DNA of 63,282 nt, the filler included, from Choristocarpus tenellus KU-1152 (Eukaryota > Protista > Phaeophyceae): the NCBI GenBank assembly GCA_964200185.2. It is 8 parts of 8 records of this genome, joined end to end, with 100 filler letters (N's around TTAATTAATTAA, not from the genome) between each part and the next. Parts side by side here need not be neighbours in the genome. Positions count along the whole stretch, not along the records: positions 6,187 to 17,648 come from CAXNAD020002300.1; positions 17,749 to 34,234 come from CAXNAD020000821.1; 6 more parts are not named here. One strand, written 5' to 3'. The notes beneath the pieces were generated by a model, which was not told the origin of the DNA, did not search any database, and saw only the letters and a program-made list of their open reading frames with translations. This document shows positions 12,801 through 26,300 of this stretch, piece by piece. The first letter of the stretch is position 1, and every line of letters begins with the position of its first letter. The translations under genes were made by a program, and so were the position numbers.

Positions 12801-14260
12801 GTACCACTGTCAGCCATTTTTGACACACTAAGGCTGGAGTTGGAGATGGCTTGGCTAGACCCTATAAACTAGGAGATGGCCTCCAAACCCATATAGTACA
12901 CATTCCAATAGTATGCCAATGGCCTCTTCACTCCAGAGTACCTGATGTTCACACCCCAGCAGAGAGCAGAGGACAGAGAAGGGAAAAGAAATGCCAGGAA
13001 GGGTAGCAAAAAGATGGCAATCCAAACCATTACGGAGGATCGACCTTGATATGAGCTGAGAGTGGAGCAAAGGGGTGGCAGCAACTTGGGACAATCTCCG
13101 TAAACAGCTAATACCATCAATATTTTGGTAATTTTCAAGAAGGCACGGGAAACTGAGGTGAAGGGCAAAAGGAGAGACATTAAATTGCTATTGTCGTGCC
13201 TATATCCCTAACCCTAACCACTACTACTACTATTGCAATGATAAGACTGCAATTTGTGCATAAATATTTCACTAATGAAGCCCTTGTGGTGGCATCCTAG
13301 ACATGATTCTATTTATTTCCTACTTTTTTCTTTTTTATTAATTCTTCACACTCCCTCGCCTTGTTTGTTATGGACAACTACCCCTCATGTTGTCCTCCTT
13401 CGTACTCATTGGCGTGTTTGTTCACAGCGGTAGCACTACCACTATCATTTCTGTTCTGCTTTATTTCTTGTAGTAATATTCTACTGTTACTGTTGAATTC
13501 CAGAAACGTTTTCTAACCCTAACCCTCAACATTGGTTGGAAGCGACGCCTGCAGGCGCTATTAAAAAGTGCATTTTTTTAATCTTTTGGTGGGCAGTGCA
13601 AAAGATGTTCCAACAAATCTACTCACCCACGATATGTAAGAGTGCAGGTAGTCGCATCTTGTGCAGCGGAAAGTAACAGAAAATATACAGGCTAAACTAC
13701 TGAAAATCACTTACACATGGAGGTGTTGCAGCCTTCTGATATCAAGTCTTGTCAAGTCTTCCACAATGTTCCCGAATCTTGCTTCTTGCTGATCATGGCA
13801 TGAGAATACTGAATTGCATCACTTGATCCACAGCGTTGCGGTCTATGAACTGGCAAACACTATAAAATAATCAACACGAAGAAGCAAATTTCGCCTCACA
13901 TCGTGGATTGGTTTATCCTCCATATGATGCCCAAGGACACAATGCATCCTGATGCATCATACTGCCAAATCACCACAGTACTTGGCATTTTCGTTGATAA
14001 AAATGTTTAAGTTGATTCATCAATGTATCACCCTCCTTCTATTCACGAATATATGCATGGCTCTTGGATGGCATACACTTTTCTATAGACAATGCATTCA
14101 ACTGCATATCCACAGGGAAATTATGACTGGTGTGCAGGATTTCACAGTTCAATAGACAACAAAACAACACACCACATTTCTAGGGTGACAGCGTACTGGA
14201 CGGGAAAAGCTCAGCTCCACATTTCCATCTACCCCACCTCTTTAGCATGAGGTATCTCTT

Positions 14261-16272
14261 CTACTTTGTCTCAATGATCATGAGTCTTGCCTCAGTCACA
14301 CCTCTGTTTCCCCAGGGGCAAGAGCTGTTTGGTTGCCCACCATCATGCCACCAATGATCCCCAGCATGAACGTCCCCAACTGATAGCTTCGACTCTGTAA
14401 GAGCCACCAGGAGACATGGGAATGTAAACTCTTCCTTTCCCGCTACATCCTGAGCAGGGGCCAAAACCACCCGATAAGCTCGGATGTAGTCATTCTCAAA
14501 GCACATGTTGCGTCCAGCGCTGCTGCCAAGGGCAGGGCAAGGAGCTGTGGGATGTGGGCGGCCACCTTTAATCTCGATGTCCATGCAATTGAGGTCCTTT
14601 GTCAGTGCACACACCTGTACCAAGTGAGCATTCACATTGAAGGATAATATTTATGCAACAGAAGATGAATACTCTCAGAATGTTCTCATCAAAAAAAGAC
14701 ACATCTCATGTCACTTGACAGTGACCTTGTGTGAGAAAAAGCCTTACCTGAGAGTATTTCCCTTCCGTTGAAGTGCTTTATAAAAAGAGAAATTGAATGA
14801 GTTCGATTAGACTGATCAATATCCTTCTCTGCCATAATTTCTAGCTAGCTCAATGTTATGGGCAGTAGGTTCCAGTATTGTGGTACTTCTTCACTTTTGC
14901 AACAGTAAACCTTGCTCCTCATGAATTGGCAGCTCATATTGAGGGGCGAGAAACATAGGTTGAACCCTTGAATACTCCCTGTATATATTGCAACAATTTT
15001 GACCACCCCACGGTCTACCCAATACTATCAGATCTTGTACAACAGTAATTCCCCCCAGTGTGTGACTTAGGTCTTGAGGATCGTGAATGAACTGACTTCA
15101 AGGGTACTCATCTTTGTGCTTCGTGCAGCCAGCAGGTATGAATACATAGAAAAACCTTTACCGTCAGGCACTACGCACCTATACTCCACCTTTCAATCTT
15201 ACCGTTCATGACAAGAGAGCTGCTGTATTTTCAGTGAAAAACACAATTCCTTGTTTTGTACTGTCACACTCATTTGACACGCAGAGTGCGGCGGACCCCT
15301 ATCTAGTCAAGCTCAGCTAATACAGCACTCTTAGCACAATAGTTCCTAAAGTGATTATTGAAACAGGTGTAATGATGGCAGACCGCAGAAAATCATTTCT
15401 TCACTCATGGCCCTATGCTCGCCCACCTTGTGTACCATGGGATGCAGGAGATGGTCTCCCCAATAGAAGGAGCCAGCATCCAAGCTCACATCAAAAGCTT
15501 CTCTCCCCACTGCGTCGTTTCGGATCTGAGTCACATCAATAGACGAAGAGCGTTTGGTCATGACATGAATTCTTTTTTATACTCAAAACTTCTTCGTATG
15601 CAAAACAGCAGGAGTTGGCCGCCCCCACATGATTGGATTGGAGTCGACACTATGCACGCGATCATCACACATACACAGGCACACAGGTCTTGGACTACAC
15701 GGCTGATCAACTGCATCGTGTTTATCTCGCTCAACTCACCGTGACGCTCTGGAAAAAGAGGAAGAAGGAGTTCTCCGAGTGACGATGGAATAGCGACTCT
15801 GCGAGCGAACCAATACAAAAAAGGAGGCATAGTGAGTTTAAAAATTACAAGTAGGCACTAGATTTGAACATATCACGTGGGTCATTGGATATGAACCATA
15901 TTGAACCCTCTCTTGGGCTTTAGACATGAGGCGAGCCAGCCATTCCATTCACAGGCAGCACCAAGTATCACTTCCACTACAGTCATCAATCTATACTGCA
16001 AACAAGATGTGTTGCCCTCCAGCAATTCGGCGGTGCCACTAGCGGGCTTTGCTCGATACCTCTACACATTCGAGCACACAAATAGTTGAGAAGAAACCTG
16101 TTGTATAGCTGAGAGGCGTCTTCCGAATGACAAATCATAGTAATCCCAAATCCTTCCATATACCTGTACCCTCTTGTATGTCAACCTTGATTACTCGTAC
16201 ATACTCGTTTTCCATACGAGTCACATGCCGAGGTTCGTCATAGACCTCAACGAATTCTGCGATGTCCATCAT
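14261..16272 (-). CDS. Two-domain cupin (RmlC-like) protein of bacterial type, complete, 4 exons, 206 aa
   Basis: Exons 16272-16164, 15798-15740, 15525-15427 and 14614-14261 splice in frame: MMDIAEFVEVYDEPRHVTRMENEYVRVIKVDIQEGTESLFHRHSENSFFLFF...HPMVHKV...MDIEIKG...CFENDYIRAYRVVLAP...NRGVTEARLMIIETK*. ENEYVRV and ENDYIRA open the two repeats; HRH plus VH suggest a metal site in domain 1 only. Confidence 0.85.
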
Positions 16273-16869
16273 GAGGGATTTCGGATTTGGGGAGCAGGTC
16301 GTGATGTAGGTTTAGGTACCTTGTGGAAGGACCCTGGCAAAAAAAGGTATCTGAATCTCATTACAACAGAGTATGTTTAAAGTACAACCTAACCTTAAGG
16401 GAGATGTACTGGTAGCGCAATTTAATATACTAAATTGATAAGTTGGTGTTAGTCTTGAGGAAGGATTGGGATAAACTCGCTTCTACTTTCAGAAATACAA
16501 TCAAGTGCTTAATCTCAACAGTTAGATGAGTAAGGATTCGAATTCTCAAACCAAATACAGTAGTCGACACAATAATGTGACGTCATCGGAAGAACCCTAA
16601 CCCTATTTTTTTGTTTGGATGGGGTTATTTTATGAATAGTTTTACTTCTTCTGTGCAGTAAGTCTAGTGGACAGCCACACTATTTTTGGTATAACTGAAA
16701 TTGGAGGGCTCACCATCTGGCTGTGGGTTTGCTGACTATTTAAAAGAGGTGCTCTGCATTGTCTTCTGTGGACCAGGTTCCACGTTCAAGGATATCAATG
16801 GTGTTAGACTTGAATACAAAGTTGGAGCATGCTTTGTAGGTCTTTCCCACCTTCTTCGCAGCTTCGCTT

Positions 16870-17150
16870 ACTTATCCAGACTGAGTACCGTCTCCTGCAG
16901 TGTGTGCAGTGGTTGTTTCCCACTGGATATTATGCCAAATGACCAAGGTGTGTCTACTGGGTTTTACATCGATGGCAAGGGGATAGTTCAGTGCAGCCCC
17001 ACCTATGTTTTCAGGGGAGCACTTGGAATCCAGGACAGGTTGTGGAGGTGTCCGGCACATCCATTCCCACCCCATTTATCTTACTGTATTCTCAGATGTG
17101 GATGCTTAAACTTCGCCATCTACTTATCCAGGTGCTGTTTGTTGAGACCT
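16870..17150 (-). mobile_element. Possible decayed Helitron Rep fragment
   Basis: A stop-interrupted frame contains KWGGNGCAGHLHNLSWIPSAP (about 17077-17015), resembling the Rep HUH motif (EW..RG..H.H.L.W...AP). The rest is too degraded to confirm. Confidence 0.3.
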
Positions 17151-17352
17151 GCGCAAGGGAAACACCGTGCATCAATAAGAAGACTGCAAAAAACATTTTC
17201 CGGGAGTCAAACCTTTTTGGTGGGTATAATGGACACAATAAGGGTGTGGAACAATCTAAAAACAAAAAATAAATAAAGATGTAATCGGATATGACGCAAA
17301 TCACCATTTTCGGAAATTTTAGTCGTTTTTCGACAGAGAGAAATTTCGTGGT

Positions 17353-17483
17353 TTTATACTGTACATACGTGAGAGAGCGAGTGATGGCATGATAGACAGA
17401 TAGACAGACAGATGAATGGATAGTAATTACTTGGTTTTGCATCTAATAGATGTGAGAGACGAAAGATACCTGCATAAGTTGGT
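17353..17483 (+). repeat. Dispersed non-coding repeat, diverged copy at 24499-24626
   Basis: tttatactgtacatacgtgag...cagatgaa...tggttttgcatctaatagatgtgaga...aagttggt aligns with tttatacagtacatacgtgag...cagatgaa...tggttttacatagtaaatgtgtgaga...aggttggt. Confidence 0.7.
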
Positions 17484-17748
17484 GCTCGTAAGGTTTTCTT
17501 TATTTCTATTATTGAATTTTGATCTTTGAAACAGGTTTCTGTGAGGGCGTTGGCGAGTCTATATTCAAGGACAAGAACTGAACAGAGGATTTTCAAAATT
17601 GGGGATGGAGCGGGACTACGAGGATGGTTGTTTTGCGAAAACGGTCTTNNNNNNNNNNNNNNNNNNNNNNNNNNNNNNNNNNNNNNNNNNNNTTAATTAA
17701 TTAANNNNNNNNNNNNNNNNNNNNNNNNNNNNNNNNNNNNNNNNNNNN

Positions 17749-17812
17749 CAGTCAATTTTGGATCAAGCCCATCCTCAATGAAAAGCTCCATCCTCAATTT
17801 TTGAAATCTGCT
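17749..17812 (+). repeat. ~64-bp repeat at the left end of contig 3; inverted copy at 34169-34232
   Basis: cagtcaattttggatcaagcccatcctcaatgaaaagctccatcctcaatttttgaaatctgct matches the reverse complement of the contig's right end with 4 mismatches. Confidence 0.9.
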
Positions 17813-18033
17813 ATTATACCCAGTTATCACATACAAAACTGATCAGCGTGTACATTTTACATGGTATATTATAATTCTTATGTTTCCGAAAATACGACAA
17901 AGAGACTGAAGTCCCTGCACCACACATCGACAATCTTTTCTGGAGGATTTTACGTGCTCAGACGAATCATCTATTGTGATAATCCAGTTAACAACTCCTA
18001 TGTATGTGGTGGGTAAAAGGGGACTTGGGTGAA

Positions 18034-18289
18034 GACCAAAAAAATTCAAGAGGGCAGGTCGCGTCCGTTTGGGATCATGAATCCAATGTTGCGATTTTGA
18101 TGATTTTTGGCTGTTTTGTTTGTTAGCAAGTGTCAATATCCTTGGACACACCTTCAATAATAGTCGTATACATTTTTAGGTAACTGCGCTCACACAGAAA
18201 ACCGAAAAAGGGCATATAAAACACATGGGAAATCAAGCCCCAAAGGGACAAACAGGGCAAAACTCCTAGCCTCTTGAATGCTTTGACTC
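18034..18289 (-). mobile_element. Sola2-like MITE, diverged full-length copy, TSD TGAA
   Basis: Reverse-complement homolog of 43756-44026 at both ends; flanked by tgaa|gacc...gactc|tgaa. Confidence 0.75.
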
Positions 18290-19993
18290 TGAAAAGAGGG
18301 AAAGATCCACAACTTGAAAGCCCAAGTGCTCGAGTAGCACCCAGCATCGCAGGGAAGGGCACACTTACCTTAAAATAACAGAGTGTAAGAAAACCAACGT
18401 TTATTATAGGAAAAAATATATCAGGGAGACTGTCTTGGGCTGTGCTTGAGGGTATAGAGGAGAAGCTCCACCAATCAATAGCCATAGCGCTCCAGGAGCA
18501 ACAGGAGGAGAGGAACAGGGGGGGGTGGTCTACACTTGTCTGTGCGAAAGGAGATCATCTAAGCTAACCATACACATATAATTATGGGGCCTGTACTTAA
18601 ATTTGACGTTCAACTTAGCCAACAGGGAACTATAAAGTACGAATGAGGGCATCACACTTCAGAGCCCAGATAGACATAAAGTCAATCAAACCACCTCCAA
18701 CCATCCTATCAACAATATTTCGCAAAACAATGACTGAAATGTGTACGGGTAGAAGGATGAGGGGGTGTGTCTCACAATAGCTACAAATATCCAGGGTTGT
18801 GCATCTAGCGACAGATACGATCCCTTTAATTGTGGGATATGTTGTCGCAAGAGAGCACACTGGGCAGTCCATGTTGACAGTGCTCCCCAGGCCCCATTGA
18901 CCACACAGTTGACAGTGCTCCCGTACCCACTTGAGGGCCTCAAGCACAGTGGTCAGTTATGAGGTGTATCTCAGACAACCACACGATAGTATATAGAGTA
19001 GAACTAGTTATAGTCGAGGGTTCATCTAGGGGGTCCAAGTAAAAGTATCTTACCTGAAGAAGCGAAGGTTGGAGTATCATGACCCAGGCCCGTACCATGT
19101 GTTTTACTGAAGTAGGTTGGAGGGGTAAGGAGAGGAAAATTAGGGGTGCTGTTGTGGTTGCGCTGCTGATATTTCTAGGAACCCCTCAAGTTCTGCCGAA
19201 TATAAAACAGGGAGTCAGGTAGAAGGTATGATGTTTTGTAAGTTTATGACTTACCGAGTGAAGTATGTCTGAAATCCTCTCAACGTTTTCTGGCACGGTA
19301 GTACTATACTGCCAAGTAAATCGCAAACATTTTTCTTTTTCTGTATTCCCCTGTTCCATTGGGAATGATATCCTTGGCCCAATGTGAGTGGAGGATGTGT
19401 ATCACTTCGTTCAATAGCAAAAATACTATCAGGTCTCTGAACAGATTCCGTGAGTCGGACACAGTAAAGGTCGGGATATTCCCATTTTCTCTCCTACCTA
19501 CGATGTCTGTGACTCTTTTTCAGCCTCATACACTGTATCTACAGACCCAATACATCGTACTCCTCACAATCGAACCTCTAGGAGACTGACCTGAACCCTC
19601 CATAGATCTGGTCCAAGAATTACAGGATGCTGGAAGAAAGATGTTGGGAATGATCCCACCTCTCACTTACACATCATGCCAAGTTAGAGACAGTGAACAG
19701 GGCGAACGATGTGAAGGGAGAGTGACTTTAGCCCAGATCTCAACCTTGACAATTCAGGACCTGGCCCAGGACTGTGGCCTCAGGCTCACAACCTAGTGAG
19801 TCCCACAATCCAGTGTTTGTGATCAGCTAATGGTTTAGTGAGTGGCGAAGTATGGTATTGAAAGTTCTCAATACATGATGGAGGCAGACCACTGTGCTTG
19901 CCAACACTTCTCAGTCACAGAAATAAGGAATTTTCCAGATTAGTGCACAACCCATACCAAAAATACCCCCTACCTCAAACACTGCCCTCAACC

Positions 19994-20049
19994 GTACCTT
20001 ATCTGGTACCTGTCCCTTATCTGGTACCTGTCCCTTATCTGGTACCTGA
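19994..20049 (+). repeat. 18-bp tandem repeat, about 3 copies
   Basis: (gtcccttatctggtacct)n. Confidence 0.9.
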
Positions 20050-22678
20050 CCCAGGACTCACACACACCACAACAGTTGCAGCATCAGACCCAATCCGTAG
20101 GATTGGGAGGAAACAACACACACAAAGCCCAAAACTATTTCTAGTGACTTGACGAGTGAAAGAAAGAAAATTTGTTTACTGTGTTCAAAAATGCACTGTA
20201 CATATTCCACCAGAACCAGGAAGTGTTCCTTGTTTTATTTATTGCTGTTTTTTTTTTAAATGGAGAATTTTCTTCTTGGCACACCTCCAGTCTTTTCTCT
20301 CTTTGCCGCTCTCTTGTTTATTTCTCCCTGGGTGTTCTCTCTTGAGGAGAGAGATAGATACACCTCTATGTATATATGTATATGTATATGTATGTGTATC
20401 TTTATCTTCTTGTGTTCCTTTCTTGTGTTCCCTCTTGCACCAGAGGTCTCTTCACCTCGTACAAGAAAATTGTGATAACAATAACAAGAATATAGTGATG
20501 ATGCCAACGATAGTCATCACTCAAGAATATTCCTCAACGTCAGAAAAAAAAATGCTCCATCCTTCTCCTAATACCGCCTCTACAATTGGGAATCCACTAT
20601 TTCGTTCCCAGCGGCTATCGAATCACTTGTCATCAGCATGGGAGTCAGATCTCACATACTTCCAAATCAAAATATCAAAAGCGACCAATCAGAAAGCTTT
20701 AAAAAAGATACAAAAAAAAGAGAACACAAGATTCTCCCAAACGTTTTTGCCAGGTCCCACCAGAAAATAATCTTCTCCAAGAAAATGATCTCATGGACAG
20801 TACAACAAAAATAATAAAAAATTAGAGAGTGAAAAAGAGAAAAATAATGTCTCATGACTTTCTGGACGTCTTCCACTCTCCCCTCACACAGAATTTCCAG
20901 AATAATACGAACAATCGCCACAACTGTAAGGAATTTTCTGTAGGTAGGAATGGGTCTAAGATTGGAATTCTTGTTACTCATACAACCTCAGACCCGGACC
21001 TTGATCTAGCACTACAGCAAAAGCAGAATCCTGTACAAAACCAAAAACATTTCTCTTGTACCACATGAACTACCCCATAACCTTAGCTTGTGAAAGTGTG
21101 AACTCGAGCTGCTTCTATCTACCATCAGGACCAACTAAAAAACAGCTGACTGCTCGTATTAGTCCATTTACACCCAGAACACTAATACTCGTATTAGTCC
21201 ATCTTACTGTGACTAACCGCAGCAAATTAATTCCCTATAGGACATTTACAACCTACTCAAGAAAAAAGACAAATCGCAGAAGGGAGTCAGTCACACACAC
21301 AACCTCGGCACAAGATCAAAGCCCAGTCAGTTCAACATGGGTCCACCACATCTGCATTATCTATGCAGTCAATTGAAGAACCCTAGCTAGTGGTGCAAAG
21401 TGCGTTAGAAGAGATTTGCTAGAGACAGCTTGAAACATGGACCTGACTTGCTACTTCTCCGTGTACCTAGCCAAGGATGGATAGGGCCAGAGGGAAAGGA
21501 TGGGAAAGATTAGAGCACTACCTTCAAGCAGTTCCACATTCGTTCCATTACCAACACCAAAAAATGGCCATAGCTTATGGGGAGACAAAAGGAAGGGGGG
21601 GAAGTGATCAGGGTCCAAGGGGAAGAGCAAAATCCGTACAGAGGTCTCTCACCCCATATTTGTTCACACTGTAGGACAAGCCTTGTGGATCAAAATCTTG
21701 AAGCCATTCATGAATACCACCTAGGCCAACCTGAAAAACTTGAACGAAATTGATTGGATACTGAAAACCGCCTGCGGTGCACACCCACGCTACAAAAAAT
21801 ATGTATCAATTTTCGTTTCTGATAGAATTACAATATAAAATCTAATTGTGGTAGTTGACAATGTTTAGTGAAGGATAGACGCACCAAATTCTATCACACT
21901 CGCAGAAGTCATACTAATCCTAATCATTATCATACTATAACCATAACCATAACCCTAACACATGAACAAGTAGCAAAAATTAGTCAGAAAATCAGAGAGG
22001 GGTTGGGGACTACTGAAGAAAACATCTACAGTAGTAGTAGTCTGTACAAGTCAGTGCCAAAACGGAGAGAAACAAATAAAATTGAAGGAACCAAATATTC
22101 ATCTTCTGCAAAACACTACAGAATACCACAGCACGGTCACCCACACCTCACTTAGCATCAAACTTCTCCAGAAGGGGGACTGCTGTTCTATACTAATATA
22201 TTCATGAATAATACCCCTCAAAAGTGCTCCTAGAGCCCTTAGTGGTAGGGGGGTTAGTCAGTGAACAAGTAAATGTACACAAGGGAGAGGGTGCATGAAC
22301 TCCTAAGGCAGTGATGAGCCCTTCCCCTTACAGTTTGACACCCATGTGGTTGCAAGAGTGTTGCGTCTTCATAATGGTCTCCTTGTTTATGGTAAGTCCC
22401 ATGGAAGGCAGTGTTCACTGCCTCCACTGTAAAGTCAAGATACTATAGGCACCAAGACACATGATAACTTCACATTTCACAATCCACTTTCAAAAGATCA
22501 ACTACAATGTTGAGGGAGGAGCAGGGAGAGGAAGGATTCCTCCCATTTTTGAATGTGTTGTAAGCCAGTAGCACATCTCAAAAAGAATTGCTTTACTGTT
22601 AATCCTCGTAAAACGGTAGCCCCAAGCACATCAAATTGTAAATCATACTATTTTGAATGATCACCTTGCGTCACTCAC

Positions 22679-23398
22679 CTGCACATGAAGCCCCAAATAT
22701 CATTCTGCACCTCAACGCTGCCCTCAAGTACCCCACTCATAACCTCAGGATTTGAGGTGACTCTCAAGGATTGGTGTGGAACACAAGGGAATTGCCAGGA
22801 GTCTGCACAGATTGCAGGTCCCAATTCTAGCATGTGTTGGATAAGCCCATTGAACCCAGCCTTGGCATCCAAATTTTCAAAATTATGCGCACCATCAGCT
22901 TCTAGAGGCACGAAAGAGAAATTGCATTCCCAGTCAGTCGCCTCCTTCGGGTCTGCACCAGCCATGAGCAACTCCTTTACCAAATGCAGGTGTCCATATT
23001 GAGCAGCCAATTTTAGCAGGGTGCAATGCGATGCAATATTTGGGTTCGCCCTAGCCTGTAGCAGCTCTTGCACTACCCCCACGTCTCCTTCACGAGCAGC
23101 GAGATGGAGGGGCGAAAGGTCGTCTTTTGACCATACTGCGGAATTTCCGTGTCTGAGCTTTGATATCTGCGCCAACCGCTAGCAGCACTTTCACAACCTC
23201 CAGGTTTCCACGTCCGACAGCAAAGTGAAGGGGAGTACAGTCATTCTCTGACCGTGCTTCGTAATCTGCTCCAACCTTCAGCAGTTTTCTCACTAACTTC
23301 ACATTCCCAGAGTAGGCAGCAACGAGTATCTGCTGTTCTTGTATATCCTCTAGGTTTATCCCCCGCGCAGGAAAGTGAATGGGAAAAGACGGTTCCAT
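22679..23398 (-). pseudogene. Ankyrin-repeat protein exon (about 4 repeats) with a frameshift near 23120-23140
   Basis: Frame A reads ILVAAYSGNVKLVRKLLKVGAD...TPLHFAVGRGNLEVVKVLLAVGADIKAQT. Frame B continues DDLSPLHLAAREGDVGVVQELLQARANPN...TLLKLAAQYGHLHLVKELLMAGADP. The exon ends at an AG|gtgagt donor (22678). Pseudogene versus assembly error is unresolved. Confidence 0.7.
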
Positions 23399-26300
23399 CA
23401 CTGCCCACAGATATCAAAGTGAACTGGGCAACGACTGCGCATCGTTCGTGGTAGGTGCCTTCTTGGGGATTAAAGAGAATTGTAAAAAGTCTCTCGGGGT
23501 ATATTCTCACGATTTTCCCATGTCTCAGAATTTACCCAACAAAATCTCTTACAATTTGTCAGGAAGATAACGAGATTAAAGGATTTCTAACGTGGGATGT
23601 GAGAGGGTTAGATTATTGGAGAGGTTTTATCAGGAAAGGTCTGGAATCTGATCGGGAACATAGTTTCGGTCACTTCCTATGAAAAAATTACATTGAATGT
23701 AGTGGAGTACAAATTAAAATATACTGTAGTACAAATTAGTATACTATAATCGCCTTAACTAACTACTAACACCCACGAGTCTTTCTCTTAAAAAGGGGAT
23801 CTTTAAAGGGGAGGCATGGTTCCTGTAAGTGGTCTTACTCACTGAAGTATGACCTAAAATTCGTGTCTAAATCTTCACTCTTTGTAGTCAGATACAACAC
23901 TGAACACTCAATTTGAGGGGTAGGAAGCATGGATCGATAGGTCCAGCCCGTATGATGATCCATAGCCTTAGCAACATTATTCATTTGATTCAGCATGATG
24001 TGCTGACCTTTGGCTGTCGTCCAGGAGGTGTTGGAAGAGTACAAAAATACAGTATTAAATTCACTTACGTCTTCGAAGAATTATTGTAGGTCCCACGGAA
24101 GGCGGGGTTCCCTCTCCAGACCTCAAAAGTCCAAATACCACCTATTTGATACGTGATATGTCAGATTCAATATGGTGTTACCATAAATAGGCCCCTCTGG
24201 GACAGGCTGGACCTGTCAAGTGTTGGAGAGTGAAGAAGAGGAGAGAGGACAGTACAACTCCATCTTTGTACACAAGTGGACTTACGATGAGGTCAAGGCA
24301 TTGTGTGGACATCTTACCTACATGCAAATTACACTATATATTAAAATAGGGCTCAAACTTCAAACTTGCAAGAGAAAAACAGCACTATAAAGTCAGTGCT
24401 GGCATGTACAGACCAGACGGACAGATCGACAGTCAGTAATTACTTTATTGTACATGGTACACACATGAAAGAGCCAGTGGTGGTAACATGTACTTGGATT
24501 TATACAGTACATACGTGAGTGACCCAATACTGGTAACAAACATGCAGGCAGATGAACAGGCAGGAACTACATGGTTTTACATAGTAAATGTGTGAGAGGA
24601 GCGCAAACAGTTTGCAAAAGGTTGGTAATGGGTGAGGGTCAAGGAAAAAAAAAATCAAGTTCTTGGGGGAGTATTTTACATACATCATTATCAATATGAA
24701 CACCCCCGCAGGTCTCCAACACAATATATGTAGAGAGGGAAGTAACTCAACACCTTACCTGCCATTAGTCAACTCACTGGTATCTCTCTACGTAAGTAAA
24801 AGATTATCACTGTATCATGTTAAGTAACCAATGTCAAAAGGATGGTTCCCTTTTCCTTTGCCCATTGCATTTCTCAAGTTGTTGGTATCCAGATATTCAA
24901 GTCCAGTCTACACGTCCAGAGAGAAGAATGGGGAGTTGGCAGGGCACCACCACAGAAACCACCAAACAGGCACTTCAATTCTCACAATCAGATGGAGATT
25001 TTTCTTCCTCATTTTTGGTCCCTGAAAGCCAATATGCTAAGATATATTGGGGAATATTCCACCAAGATTGGGTCTGGGTCAACATGTAGCTCTTTCCTTG
25101 ATAAGAATGTTCTTACTTTATCTTACGGGATTCCAATAGCCTGCAGGTTTGATGTGCATCCCATGGTGTGCCAATTTTCATATTATTAGTGTTGTGAACC
25201 GAAAGAGTTTACTACTACAATTAATTCGGGTAGAGTAAAAATCCAATCAATCTCTCCAACTGCCAGTGTACGAGGCGGAGCGCGCAAAACGCAAGCAGGT
25301 CGACGAGTAGTGTGAGCTGCCGCCACAGTCTCAGCAGGCAAATTCAAAGCCATCAGCAGTGAAACATGTGGCGAGTTGTGTGGGTAGTGATGTCGCACCT
25401 TGAGACAAATATATATGTGCATCATGTGACACTGGACACATTCAGTAGCAATCGCATTTCTGCTTGTATTGTGACTTTAACTATTACACAAATAACTCAA
25501 CTTCTTCGGTTCCAGTTAATCTCGCTTTTCCAATCAATCGAACTGGAGCCAATTGAACTGCTACAATTCACAACACCACGCACTTCGACTTCCAATTACT
25601 AGCAAAGGTTAGGGTTAGAGCTCCACACTCCTGTACAAAGCATAGAGAGCATGAGATATAACAGGTGTGGAATATACTGTGGTTGTAAGAAATCCCAATA
25701 TTTGCTGTTCCTAGTGACCGTATTTCTTATCAGGCCAACCTAAAACTCTTACTCCCACCCCCACCTCTACCCTGTGTGTTTTCCAAATAGTCCACACACA
25801 CACACACAGCTGACAGTTGCTCCGAAAATAATAATTTTATAATACGAAGAGAACAACTGACTGCAGGAAATGACTGACAGTTGCATTTAGTTCTCTGCAA
25901 TACTTGTCACCAGAGAGGATAGGGACATGTGGGATTCAATCAACCAGTCTGACGGCAAGAAAATCACAAGTATCTTCATGTTATTGCAACTTCAAAAATC
26001 TCCTCAACTATTCAACCCGATGTCAAGCAAGCGGGCGGAAAATAGGCAGATTCAGTGTTTGGGGGCTTGGTGTGTACACACATCATTGCTCTCTGTCATT
26101 CTTAACATGCACAAACACACAAACACACACTTAGCACCAAATCAACTCAACCTCCATAGTGTACTCCAGGGTAAGAACTCGAGTCAGCACAGAATGGGCC
26201 ATTTTGTGTCGAGCTCTCTAGGATAGACAAAAACGAAAATGCAATTCAAGAGATTGTGACTATCAGTCTGAGTGAAGTCTCCGTTCTGGACTTTCATCTC

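Noticed and set aside
20156-20770. 204-aa ORF
   Set aside because: Runs through an (ATATGT)n microsatellite and A/T tracts with no protein-like features.
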